Of a DNA stretch of 64,000 nt, positions 18,400-27,573 are shown one piece after another. The position numbers were made by a program, and so were the translations under genes. Each line of letters begins with the position of its first letter. Positions within the stretch are counted from its first letter, which is position 1. Source of the DNA: Candidatus Rifleibacteriota bacterium (lineage in GTDB: Bacteria; Muiribacteriota; Ozemobacteria; Ozemobacterales; Ozemobacteraceae); the NCBI GenBank assembly GCA_018818125.1, contig JAHISQ010000048.1, forward strand, positions 10,134 through 74,133, in the 5' to 3' direction. The notes under the pieces are model-generated. The model had not been told where the DNA came from. It made no database searches and was given only the letters and a program-made list of their open reading frames with translations.

Positions 18400-20001
18400 C
18401 TACTGGTTAATGACTATGCCGTTAAAAAAGTCTATGACCGCATTTGCTATCGATTGCGCAACTGCTTTGCGATACTTGTCGCTGATCAGGTTCTTTCCCT
18501 CGGTGGGGTCGGAAAGCATGCCGGTTTCTACAACAACTGCCGGAATTGTAATAAATTGCAGTGGCAGCAAAGGAAGTTCTTTTACGCCTCGGCTTTCAAC
18601 CTTAATGTGTTGTATCAGGCGCTCATTGGCTTTGCGCGCGAGAAAGACGCTCAGGTCAAAACGTGTGTTTTTCAGCCATTCATGGTAAACAGCATCATAG
18701 CTGAGTCCTTGTGCTGATTCATCAACAAATGTGCCTTTTTTACCGTAGGAATAGCATGCTATTCCTGCTTTTGTTGTGTCAGAAGATCCACCCAGATGCA
18801 AAGAGATATACAAATCGCCGCCATGACGATTGGCAATACCCAGGCGTTGTGATGATGAAATGTCGACGTCAGAGGTTCTGGTCAGGATTGCTTTTAACCC
18901 AGATGTTTCGAGACAGGCTTTGAGGTGTTGAGCAATTGCCAGATTTATCAACTTCTCTTCAGGTCGTCCCTCAAATACAAAGCCCTTGTCAGTGCCGCCG
19001 TGACCTGGGTCTATGATTATGGTGCGTCCTCTGAATTCCTGTTTGTTGAGACTTGCGGCTGTTACTTCGATGTTGATCTCTGGAGCAGTTTCCATTTTGG
19101 TTGTTTCTGTCGCTTTGGCTGATTGCGGAGCCGCAGCGGAAGTCGCTAGGGGAGCGCTAGCGACAAGGGTTGCCGGAGCAGTAGCCAATTGTTGCTCATT
19201 TGATGCGGCAAACGAAATTATCATTCGGAAGGGGCCACCGACTGTTTCGATAGTTGGAGTTTTATCTCTCTGATTAAGGTAGAAGCTCAAAATCAGGCCT
19301 TTGCGATCTGGGCCGCTGTTAATATCAAGCTTTTTGATATCTCGGCCCTCCGGGTTCGATCGCTGTGTTGGCACCAGATTGCGGCAACCAGAGATGGACA
19401 GGCGATAAAGACCGTCTTTGAATTCGGTTTGATAAGTGATGATGTCATTGAACTCAAGCACGATCCGCGTGTGGTCTTCGCGAACACTGTGTCTGAGGGC
19501 GACCAGAATCGCTTCGTCGTTGGCCTGTGTCGCCGTAGTTATCGCTACTTGTTTTGGTGCAACTGAAGGGGCCTGCGTTATTGCAATGGGCTGCCCTATT
19601 ATGGGTTGTGACGGTGGTTGAGATGTTTGCTGTACAAGGATTTGCGGAGCTGCTGTCTTAAGAGCAGCAGTACCTTCTGACGGCAGAAAAAAACGATTTA
19701 GCGCGGCTGCCGGCACCATGATCTGCCCCTGCTGTATCTTGGCCGGCGCTGCCATTTGTATTTCCGAGTCATTAACTATAGCTGTTGTGTTATCCACTGT
19801 CAGTCTAACTGTTTTAAGCCCTTGACGCATTACCAGAATTCTTTGAATTGGAAACCATTGGTAGGCTATTCCCTGTGATTCAGCAAAGCTACGGGCGCTT
19901 ATATATCCATCCTGTGCCTGACCGGCCACGCCAGCCAGCACCAGAATTGCCGTAACAACAGCCAGAAATTGTATTTTGCTTCGCTGCAATTTAGCCAACA
20001 T
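18400..20001 (-). CDS. N-acetylmuramoyl-L-alanine amidase (AmiC-like; AMIN-like plus Amidase_3)
   Basis: Zn/catalytic motifs IIDPGHGG, EKLINL, ISLH, AVVVETG; AMIN-like TRIVLEF; signal peptide. Confidence 0.9.
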   Translation of the reverse strand: MLAKLQRSKIQFLAVVTAILVLAGVAGQAQDGYISARSFAESQGIAYQWFPIQRILVMRQGLKTVRLTVDNTTAIVNDSEIQMAAPAKIQQGQIMVPAAALNRFFLPSEGTAALKTAAPQILVQQTSQPPSQPIIGQPIAITQAPSVAPKQVAITTATQANDEAILVALRHSVREDHTRIVLEFNDIITYQTEFKDGLYRLSISGCRNLVPTQRSNPEGRDIKKLDINSGPDRKGLILSFYLNQRDKTPTIETVGGPFRMIISFAASNEQQLATAPATLVASAPLATSAAAPQSAKATETTKMETAPEINIEVTAASLNKQEFRGRTIIIDPGHGGTDKGFVFEGRPEEKLINLAIAQHLKACLETSGLKAILTRTSDVDISSSQRLGIANRHGGDLYISLHLGGSSDTTKAGIACYSYGKKGTFVDESAQGLSYDAVYHEWLKNTRFDLSVFLARKANERLIQHIKVESRGVKELPLLPLQFITIPAVVVETGMLSDPTEGKNLISDKYRKAVAQSIANAVIDFFNGIVINQ

Positions 20002-20477
20002 CAGTAGCGCCCTCCCAATTCTCTGTCTATGTCACGTTTTGCGTCTTTTTTCTGCAGGGCTTCACGCTTGTCGTATTTGGCCTTGCCTTTTACCAGTGCA
20101 AGCTCAACCTTAACCTTGCCGTCCTTGAAATAGACTTTCAACGGAACAATAGTCATTCCGCTGGTTCTTACTTTGTTGCCCCATTTGATGATTTCGATTT
20201 TGTGGGCCAACAGCCTTCTCTTTCGCTCAGGCTCATGGTCGAGTCTGTTAGAGAAAGGGTTTGAGCCAATGTGCATATCGTAAAGCCATAACTCGCCTCC
20301 GATTTCTTCCGCATAAGAGTCTTTCAGAGTTACCTTTCCTTCGCGGCAGGGGCGCAGTTCTGAACCAACGAGAGAGATGCCCACTTCAAGTCGTTCGATA
20401 ATAAAATAATCAAAATGCGCCTTGCGATTGGCGGCAATGATTTTCTGCCCGTCATCTTGCTGTTTTTTTGAACTCAA
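20001..20477 (-). CDS. smpB: SsrA-binding protein
   Basis: Motifs NRKAHFDYFI, GISLVGSE, RKRRLLAHK, TIVPLKVY, GKAKYDKRE. Confidence 0.96.
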   Translation of the reverse strand: MSSKKQQDDGQKIIAANRKAHFDYFIIERLEVGISLVGSELRPCREGKVTLKDSYAEEIGGELWLYDMHIGSNPFSNRLDHEPERKRRLLAHKIEIIKWGNKVRTSGMTIVPLKVYFKDGKVKVELALVKGKAKYDKREALQKKDAKRDIDRELGGRY

Positions 20478-21519
20478 TCAGGTCACCTGCTTTCACTCCT
20501 GGGCCGAACTCTTTGCGAATCAGGGCCCAGCTGGTATTTTTATAGACTTTGGTCAGTAGTAATTCTGCCGATGAGAGATCGGGCGTGCGCCCAAGCACTA
20601 CTCCAGTGTCTGGGTCGGTTAGCGGACCGCCAGCCTCGAATGCACGCAGACTTAGGCTGTATTCATCAGAAAGACTCAGGCCTTCCTGCATGCCAACGTT
20701 GACTATTACCTGCCCATCAACTCTCTTGATAATCTTGCCTGCGGCTACGACATTATGATTGCTTTGTGCTTTGAATATGCTGCGCATTTTTTCGAACTCA
20801 GAAAGCCCGGAAAACCGCTTTTGTTGCACCATCAGCAGAGGTTGTGCGACATAGTCCATGTTGGCTGTGATCATGCGTTCAAAGCCTTCCTTGAAATGGT
20901 CAAGACTGACATCGCTTTTGCTCATCAGATCTCGATAAAATTTAACACTTGCCTGCTTTTCGCCCTTATCCCATAGTAATCTGGCAAGTTGCAGGACATA
21001 CTGGTGATTGCCGCCATAAAGCTCGACAGCTTGACGAATCTCGACTTCAGCGCCATCCCAATGGCCCTGGTCAAGTAAATAAATACCTTTTAAAAAGGCT
21101 TCCCTGGCTTGCTTCGCCTGCACCGTAGTGCGCAGCATCTGCGGATAAGATGGATATTCGTTGTTCTGTATTGACAATGCAATTCGTCGATCTTTGATCA
21201 ACTGACTCAGGCGTTCAACTTCTTCCCAATGAAAAATAGCATCGTCGAGGCGTCCCTGTTCACGATACAGTTTTCCCAGCCAGTAATGCGCTTTTATCAG
21301 GTTGGGTTCTTGGCGCAGAGCTTCTATAAAACAGTCCTCAGCAGTCTGAAAAAGACCTTTTCGATAATTCTGGTAACCGTCTTCGTAGGCGTTAAGCGCT
21401 TGATCTGTTGCAGTGTGACTGTCTGAGGCGAATGGAGAGTTGGTCGCCAGAACAGGGAGAACTGTAAGCAGCATGGTAATGAGTATAGCTGCCCGGCATA
21501 ATTTGCTGGCAAAAAGCAT
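20452..21519 (-). CDS. Exported TPR protein with a FlgT C-terminal-like domain
   Basis: Signal peptide; TPRs; C-terminus GKII..VDGQVIVNVG..EG...LTDPDTGVVLG...VKAGDLI resembles FlgT_C. Confidence 0.7.
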   Translation of the reverse strand: MLFASKLCRAAILITMLLTVLPVLATNSPFASDSHTATDQALNAYEDGYQNYRKGLFQTAEDCFIEALRQEPNLIKAHYWLGKLYREQGRLDDAIFHWEEVERLSQLIKDRRIALSIQNNEYPSYPQMLRTTVQAKQAREAFLKGIYLLDQGHWDGAEVEIRQAVELYGGNHQYVLQLARLLWDKGEKQASVKFYRDLMSKSDVSLDHFKEGFERMITANMDYVAQPLLMVQQKRFSGLSEFEKMRSIFKAQSNHNVVAAGKIIKRVDGQVIVNVGMQEGLSLSDEYSLSLRAFEAGGPLTDPDTGVVLGRTPDLSSAELLLTKVYKNTSWALIRKEFGPGVKAGDLIEFKKTAR

Positions 21520-21558
21520 CTGGTCAGTCTCCGTCAGACAGAATAAGATTCATCTAAC

Positions 21559-21586
21559 ATATCGGCATATCTACCGGATGGTTTGA
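21559..21586 (-). promoter_or_regulatory. Sigma-28 (FliA/SigD)-type promoter
   Basis: TCAA-N16-GCCGATAT on the minus strand, 40 nt upstream of the TPR/FlgT-C gene. Confidence 0.65.
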
Positions 21587-21594
21587 GAAATGCT

Positions 21595-22263
21595 TTATTG
21601 TGCTGACAGGTATTTGATCGGGTTGATGTAGTGCCTGCCTGAAAATACTGAAAAATGCAGGTGTGGGCCGGTTGCGCGGCCAGAACTGCCAACTGTTCCG
21701 ATGATGTTACCGCGTTTGACTCTTTGTCCTTTGATGCACTTTAATTTGTGCATGTGTCCAAAATAAAGCATTTTTCCATCGCCAGTGCGAATCTTTACCA
21801 GGCGGCCAAGAAGCCCGGCGTATGCGGCACAGACTACGATTCCATCGGTTGGACAAACAATGTTTGTGCCCAGTCGAGCCTTGATGTCTATGCCGTTGTG
21901 AAAAGAATTTCTTTTGGTAACCGGGTGTCGGCGCATGCCAAAGGCTGAAGAAATTGCACCTTTGACCGGCCAGTCTTTGCTGGCGACAATTTTTTTACTG
22001 GTTACACTGACAATTTTGTATGTTCGAGAGACCGGTTGCAGCCTGGTTCTTAGGTCTTCTGCGCGTTCGACAGCATTAGCCAAAAGTTGCCTGGCCGGGA
22101 GCCAGAAATTAAAATTCTCTTTGACGGGTGCGTAAAAAGAGGCACTAAGCTCAAGGGCCTCTGAATCATTTACAGGAACAATCAACTGCAAAAGCACCAG
22201 GGCAAGCAGAATAATCAGTGCGCGACTGCGGTTGGTGAGGGGCTTTATTTCAGAAGCTGTCAT
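21595..22263 (-). CDS. M23 family metallopeptidase
   Basis: Motifs WPVKGAISSAFG, HNGID (HxxxD), ATGPHLHF (HxH). Confidence 0.93.
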   Translation of the reverse strand: MTASEIKPLTNRSRALIILLALVLLQLIVPVNDSEALELSASFYAPVKENFNFWLPARQLLANAVERAEDLRTRLQPVSRTYKIVSVTSKKIVASKDWPVKGAISSAFGMRRHPVTKRNSFHNGIDIKARLGTNIVCPTDGIVVCAAYAGLLGRLVKIRTGDGKMLYFGHMHKLKCIKGQRVKRGNIIGTVGSSGRATGPHLHFSVFSGRHYINPIKYLSAQ

Positions 22264-22269
22264 TAATCG

Positions 22270-23559
22270 TCAGTCGCTGCCTTTGCCGGTTGAACTCTTG
22301 TAGTTCGGATTGATCAGGTTGAGAAATTCGCGGTTATCTTTGGTGTTCGAAATGCCTTTGACCAGCATTTCGACAACATCCTGAGAACTCTTGTCTTCGA
22401 AAGCGCGGCGCAGGATGATAATTTTCTTAAGATCTTCAGCGTCCATGAGCAGCTCTTCTTTGCGAGTGCCTGACATCTTAACGTCTATACACGGAAAAAT
22501 TCTTTTGTTAAACAGTTTGCGATCAAGGTGAAGCTCCATGTTGCCGGTGCCCTTGAACTCTTCAAAGATTACTTCGTCCATTTTTGAGCCGGTTTCAATC
22601 AGGGCTGTTGCAATAACAGTAAGACTACCACCATGCTCGATTTTTCGTGCTGCACCAAGAAAACGCTTGGGTTTATGTAGTGCGAAAGGGTTGACACCAC
22701 CAGAAAGTGTCTGACCAGCTGATGGCATCGAGATGTTGTAAGCTCGCGCCAGTCTGGTGATAGAGTCGAGCAGAATCACAACATCGCGACCAAGCTCAAC
22801 ATGGCGTTTGGCCTTTTCGAGGATCAACTCAGAAACCTTAATATGGTTGGTGATGTGTTCGTCAAAAGTTGAGGCAACAACTTCGGCATCGACCGAGCGG
22901 CGCATATCGGTAACTTCTTCGGGGCGCTCGTCGATGAGCAGAATAAGCATGAGAACTTCTGGATGGTTCGCAGTTATCGCATTGGCCACCTGCTTGAGCA
23001 GCGTCGTCTTTCCGGCCTTTGGAGGTGCCACGATCAGGCCACGCTGACCTTTTCCAATCGGGCAGATCAGATCAAAGACACGGGTCGAAACGTCGGCATC
23101 GCCGGTTTCGAGTCTGAAGCGTTCAGATGGGAAAACTGGTATGCCGTCTTCAAAACTGACGCGCTCGCGTAAACGCTCGATGCTAACGCCATTAACCGCT
23201 TCTATGCGCAGCAGAGCGTGATAGCTCTCGTCATCTTTGGGCAATCGAACCTGGGCGACGATGGTGTCGCCGTTCATTAGCCCATAGCGCTTGATCTGCG
23301 AGGGTGAAACATAAACGTCGTCATCATTCTGCACGTAACTTCTGGTTCTGATAAAACCATAGCCCTCGGGCATAATATCAAGAGTGCCTTCAGAAAGAGC
23401 AAGCCCCTGTTCTTTAAGTTGTTCTTTCAGAATGACTCGGATCAGATCCTGCTTTTTCATTTTTTCAGTGTTCTCAAGATTCATTGTCTTGGCAACAGCT
23501 TTGATGCTTTTTACAGGTTCTTCACAGAGTTGAAGATAGGTGAAGGATGGTTTTTCCAA
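22270..23559 (-). CDS. rho: Transcription termination factor Rho
   Basis: Motifs [61 protein letters not shown] start at 23559 inferred from AAGGA. Confidence 0.97.
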   Translation of the reverse strand: MEKPSFTYLQLCEEPVKSIKAVAKTMNLENTEKMKKQDLIRVILKEQLKEQGLALSEGTLDIMPEGYGFIRTRSYVQNDDDVYVSPSQIKRYGLMNGDTIVAQVRLPKDDESYHALLRIEAVNGVSIERLRERVSFEDGIPVFPSERFRLETGDADVSTRVFDLICPIGKGQRGLIVAPPKAGKTTLLKQVANAITANHPEVLMLILLIDERPEEVTDMRRSVDAEVVASTFDEHITNHIKVSELILEKAKRHVELGRDVVILLDSITRLARAYNISMPSAGQTLSGGVNPFALHKPKRFLGAARKIEHGGSLTVIATALIETGSKMDEVIFEEFKGTGNMELHLDRKLFNKRIFPCIDVKMSGTRKEELLMDAEDLKKIIILRRAFEDKSSQDVVEMLVKGISNTKDNREFLNLINPNYKSSTGKGSD

Positions 23560-23612
23560 AATAGCGTTCCTTTCAAGGAATAACAAAGAAATATCCGGGG
23601 CACGCCCGGTTG

Positions 23613-23918
23613 TCAGCGAGATTTAGGGGGCACAATTCCGCGCGAAAGTTGCATGTAGAGTATATCTCCAAGACCGATACTCATGGTTTTCGCTCTTTCC
23701 TGGTCAAGCATGTCGGCAAATATTTCTTCTGCCTGCCCACCGTTAATCATTCCGGTCTTATTTACTGTTTTTCGCATTTCTTTCAACATCTGGTGCATAA
23801 AGATAGATTCAAAATCAGAACAGGCGTTTTTAAGCTTGCCGAGTTCCTTCTTTTTGGCTTCAGGAAGCTCAGCGACTCTGTCTTTTTGCAATGCCGGGCT
23901 GAGGTAGAAACTGCTCAT
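23613..23918 (-). CDS. flgJ: FlgJ-like rod-binding protein without a muramidase domain
   Basis: Motifs LKNACSDFESIFMHQMLKEMRKT, EEIFADMLD, GLGDILYMQL. Confidence 0.88.
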   Translation of the reverse strand: MSSFYLSPALQKDRVAELPEAKKKELGKLKNACSDFESIFMHQMLKEMRKTVNKTGMINGGQAEEIFADMLDQERAKTMSIGLGDILYMQLSRGIVPPKSR

Positions 23919-23924
23919 TTATTA

Positions 23925-24773
23925 TTAGATTCCTAGTTGAGATTTGACTTTACTGAAGCGTTGATTGTGGGGTTCTAGAGCAATAGCCTTCTGTACATTT
24001 TCGCGGGCTTCTGAATGGCTACCGAGGGCGTGTTGCACTTCTGCAAGAGAACAGAAAGCATCGGCGTCGCTGTATAGCATGCCAAAGCTGTAATGGTAGT
24101 CAACGTCTTCGGTGTCGTATTCAACAGCTTTTTCGAGGTGCTTGAGAGCTTCGGTCAGGTTGCCTATAATAAAATACGAGCGGCCAATATAGTAATGACC
24201 TTCAGCAAATCGTTTTTTTACGGCGACCAGATCTCCATATCGTCCGATGACCTTGTTGAATAGCCTTGTCGCTTTTTCGGTTTCTCCTAACATGTTGTAG
24301 GCACATGCAAGTGTAAAACTCGACATTATATCTTCTGGGTTGGCTTCAATAGCTCTGTTAAGATTGGTAATGGCTTCTTCAAGTTCGCCGCGCATCATGA
24401 GTATCCGGCCGATATGTCCGTAAATCTCTGTATGCGATGGCTTGAGCTGAAGAGCTTTTTGCAGATACTCCAAGGCTTCTTCATAGCGGCCAAGGTGGGC
24501 CAGAGAACAGCCCAGGTCGAAATTTGAGTTTTGATTGTTTGGGGCGAGTTCAAGAGAGCGAGTGTAGGCGTCAACTGCTTTTTTAACCAGGCCCATTTTC
24601 ATTAAATAATCGCCGAGCTTATTGTGAGCCTGGGCAAATTCTGGGTCTATAGCTATGGCTTTTTTTATTTCTACCACGGCTTGGTCGAGCTTGCCGCACA
24701 TCGAAAGTGATATGGAGCTGTCTAAGTGCTGATTAGCACGATCCCTGTCCTCTATTGAAATTGGTGCAACCAT
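23925..24773 (-). CDS. Cytoplasmic TPR-repeat protein
   Basis: Tandem TPRs (AHNKLGDYL, FDLGCSLAHLGRYEEA, HYYIGRSY); ATG 24773 after GAGGT. Confidence 0.85.
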   Translation of the reverse strand: MVAPISIEDRDRANQHLDSSISLSMCGKLDQAVVEIKKAIAIDPEFAQAHNKLGDYLMKMGLVKKAVDAYTRSLELAPNNQNSNFDLGCSLAHLGRYEEALEYLQKALQLKPSHTEIYGHIGRILMMRGELEEAITNLNRAIEANPEDIMSSFTLACAYNMLGETEKATRLFNKVIGRYGDLVAVKKRFAEGHYYIGRSYFIIGNLTEALKHLEKAVEYDTEDVDYHYSFGMLYSDADAFCSLAEVQHALGSHSEARENVQKAIALEPHNQRFSKVKSQLGI

Positions 24774-24902
24774 AATTGTTGGAAACCTCACATGGGGTAA
24801 TCTTGTCTGTTACGATAAAATCAAGACGTTGCCAAATTATTAACATATTCTGATGCAAAATAGCAAGGAAATCATGAAAAAAAGCGAAAAAGTCAAGTTC
24901 GC

Positions 24903-26009
24903 TTACATTATTTTGAGCTCACCATGCAGTGCACCGGCTGCGTTAACTGCCTGAAATATTGCGATAAGATCTTTGGGGGTAGCGCCAACTGCGTTGAGAG
25001 CTGCAACCAGGTCGTCTACCGTTGTCTCACCCTGCACTGCGACCATGCTTCCCTGGGTCTGGTTGCGTTTGGCTGCGGCATTGTTGTTCTGTCCCTGATC
25101 GTCAATCTGGATCTTGATGCCGTTGTGCGATATTACAACTTTGCTGATGCGAACGTTGCTGCCAACAATCACTGTGCCGGTGCGCTCGTTGATCACCACG
25201 CGGTTTGGTTCGTCGATCGACAGTGGCAGATTCTCAATGTTGGCGGCAAAACTTACCGGATCTTCAGACATGCTTGATGGCACACGAATTTCGATATGGC
25301 CGGGGTTGATAATTGTTGCCCAGCCAATTCCGTAACGCCGATCAACAGCTTCTTTGACCTTGCGAGTTAGAATTGTATCCTTTTCCTGTAGCAGAACGCT
25401 GAACTTGCCGCTGCGGGCAAATGTGTCATCGACGCCACGCTCCATTATCGCGCCGTTAGGGATATAACCAACGGTAAGATGATTTTTCTGGCCTGCAGTT
25501 GCGGCTGCGCCGCCAGCACCGCCTGATTCAAATCCACCGATCGAAATTTTTCCCTGACCGACAGCATAAACCTGGCCATCGCCACCCTTAAGAAGTGTGG
25601 GTAAAAGCACGCCACCCTGCAAACTCTTGGCATCGCCGATGGAACTGATTGTGATGTCGAAAGGCTCTCCAGCTCGACCGTAAGACGGCAGCATGCCGGT
25701 TACTATTACTGCTGCTACGTTTTTGCTCTGAATCTGACCGGTTGTCAGCTCAATGCCCATGTTTTGCAGCATGCCGCGGGTCATTTCAATGCTCATTTCA
25801 CTCTTGTCGCCAGTGCCGTTAAGACCGGTAACCAGGCCATAGCCAAGTATCTGATACTCCCGGTTTCCGCTCAGACGAGAAATGTCTTTGAGCCGAACCT
25901 GCGCCTGCGCCAGCAGAACACTATGTGAGCCTGTTGCTAAAACTAAAATACTGGCAAATGCAAAAACCAGAATAGATTTGATACGCTTTGATCTGTTTGC
26001 TTCCATCAC
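24903..26009 (-). CDS. flgI: Flagellar P-ring protein
   Basis: Motifs RLKDI, GYGLVTGLNGTGD, KNVAAVIVT, GDAKSLQGGVL, VINERTGTVIVG, AGALHGEL. Confidence 0.97.
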   Translation of the reverse strand: MMEANRSKRIKSILVFAFASILVLATGSHSVLLAQAQVRLKDISRLSGNREYQILGYGLVTGLNGTGDKSEMSIEMTRGMLQNMGIELTTGQIQSKNVAAVIVTGMLPSYGRAGEPFDITISSIGDAKSLQGGVLLPTLLKGGDGQVYAVGQGKISIGGFESGGAGGAAATAGQKNHLTVGYIPNGAIMERGVDDTFARSGKFSVLLQEKDTILTRKVKEAVDRRYGIGWATIINPGHIEIRVPSSMSEDPVSFAANIENLPLSIDEPNRVVINERTGTVIVGSNVRISKVVISHNGIKIQIDDQGQNNNAAAKRNQTQGSMVAVQGETTVDDLVAALNAVGATPKDLIAIFQAVNAAGALHGELKIM

Positions 26010-26054
26010 ACTCTTCCTGTTTTTTTATTGCCCGGAAATCAGGCTCCAGTAATT

Positions 26055-26082
26055 ATATCGGCATTTTGCTCTCCGTTGTTTA
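26055..26082 (-). promoter_or_regulatory. Sigma-28-type promoter of flgI
   Basis: TAAA-N16-GCCGATAT, matching the SigD/FliA consensus. Confidence 0.8.
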
Positions 26083-26368
26083 GGATACTTTTTTCAGGAA
26101 CTGGATAGTCAGGAATTATCACCGTTTTTACGTAATGGTAATCAGGCAAAAAGCTAGATCATCTGTGATATTGTGAGTTTTGCCAATCTCAATAGCATGA
26201 AGACTGTGGTTAGGTTCTATGAAAAAGCTTGGCATTGCGATTTTAATCACCCTTAAAGAAGACTTTTTTGAAACTATTTGTAACTTTCATGAAACTTTTT
26301 TAAGTTAGGGGGAGTATATTGTACAGATAGAGAAAATAGAAGTATTAGAGAAAACTGCGGAGGTTAAT

Positions 26369-27475
26369 ATGAGTAGACTCTCAAGGAAATTTGTCTCGGT
26401 ACTGATCTTGTTCGTTCTTTTGCTGCAGCCGTTTGTGCCGTTGATGGTTCACGCTGAAGAGGCTCAAAATCAGAAGACTGCGATCGAGCAGGCCGTTGCC
26501 GATTACCAGAAGACTTATGACGAAATCATGGCCATCGACGAATGTGAGCTTGGCAGCGTCTCTAAATGGGTTATTGGTGCCATTGACGATATAAAAGCGG
26601 CGTGGAACAAAGCAACAGACTTCGCAAAAAACGTGTGGAACAGCCGACCAACGTGGATGGGTGGTGACAGTGACGAAGAAAAAGCTGCCAAGAAAGCTGC
26701 CGCCGAAGCTGAAGCGGCAAAACTGGCAAATGAAAAGAAAGAGCTTGAAGGATATCTGCCTCAGATAGAAAAAGCAAATGCAGACATAAAGAAGATCAAA
26801 GCAGATGCTCAAAAGACCATGGATCTGCTCAAAAGTGGCGCATTTGAAGAAGCCTCCAAAACTGACCCGGCAAAAGTTTATAACAGCCTCGATGCCAATG
26901 CCAGCGGCCTGGCGATTTATCAGAAGGCTCTCAGAGAAGCCGGCGGAGCGCTTCTTACCGCTGCTGATGCCCTTTCTACTGCTACAACAATTTTATCAGC
27001 CGTGTCTTTGGTTTGTACCGGCCTTTCAGTATTTGTGCCGATAGCTCCGGTTACCGGGCCAATAGCTGCAGTCACCAAGGGGGCTGCAACAGCCACCGGG
27101 ATTGCTGCAGCAATACTCAAGGCTGCCGGCAATACTCTTGTCGCTGCTGCTGACAAGGCAATTACCGGCGACAAGGAATTTCTCACCCTCGCCGGCAAAG
27201 AGGCAACTAAGGCTGCTGCCGAACAGGCTATCAGCCGAGTCGTGAGTAAGGGTGTCGGTCAGTTCGCTGGGGACTATGCTCAATCTCTTACCCAGAGCGA
27301 GAGTGGGCAGAAGATTATTAAAGCCATTACCGGTAAAGTAATTAGTACCGCAATCGCTCCGACCAAGAAGGAACTCATCAACACCACCAAGGATATTATC
27401 GAGAAGGTGCCTGAAGATGTTCTCGACAGGATTGAGTTGCCCCCGGCAAGTCTCCAGCCAAACTTGAGCTGGTAA
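26369..27475 (+). CDS. Hypothetical secreted alpha-helical protein with a central Ala/Gly/Thr-rich hydrophobic segment
   Basis: RBS GGAGG; Sec signal ending VHA|EE; coiled-coil-like region, then a long near-uncharged stretch (LSTATTILSAVSLVCTGLSVFVPIAPVTGPIAAVTKGAATATGIAAAIL). Confidence 0.8.
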   Translation: MSRLSRKFVSVLILFVLLLQPFVPLMVHAEEAQNQKTAIEQAVADYQKTYDEIMAIDECELGSVSKWVIGAIDDIKAAWNKATDFAKNVWNSRPTWMGGDSDEEKAAKKAAAEAEAAKLANEKKELEGYLPQIEKANADIKKIKADAQKTMDLLKSGAFEEASKTDPAKVYNSLDANASGLAIYQKALREAGGALLTAADALSTATTILSAVSLVCTGLSVFVPIAPVTGPIAAVTKGAATATGIAAAILKAAGNTLVAAADKAITGDKEFLTLAGKEATKAAAEQAISRVVSKGVGQFAGDYAQSLTQSESGQKIIKAITGKVISTAIAPTKKELINTTKDIIEKVPEDVLDRIELPPASLQPNLSW

Positions 27476-27573
27476 TTTGTAGATCGTAGATAGTTGTTTG
27501 ATTTGCCCCGTAACTAAGCCAGCGCGCAGTCTACCGACAGTATCTGGTATTCCGTTCGGGCGGACCTTTTATA

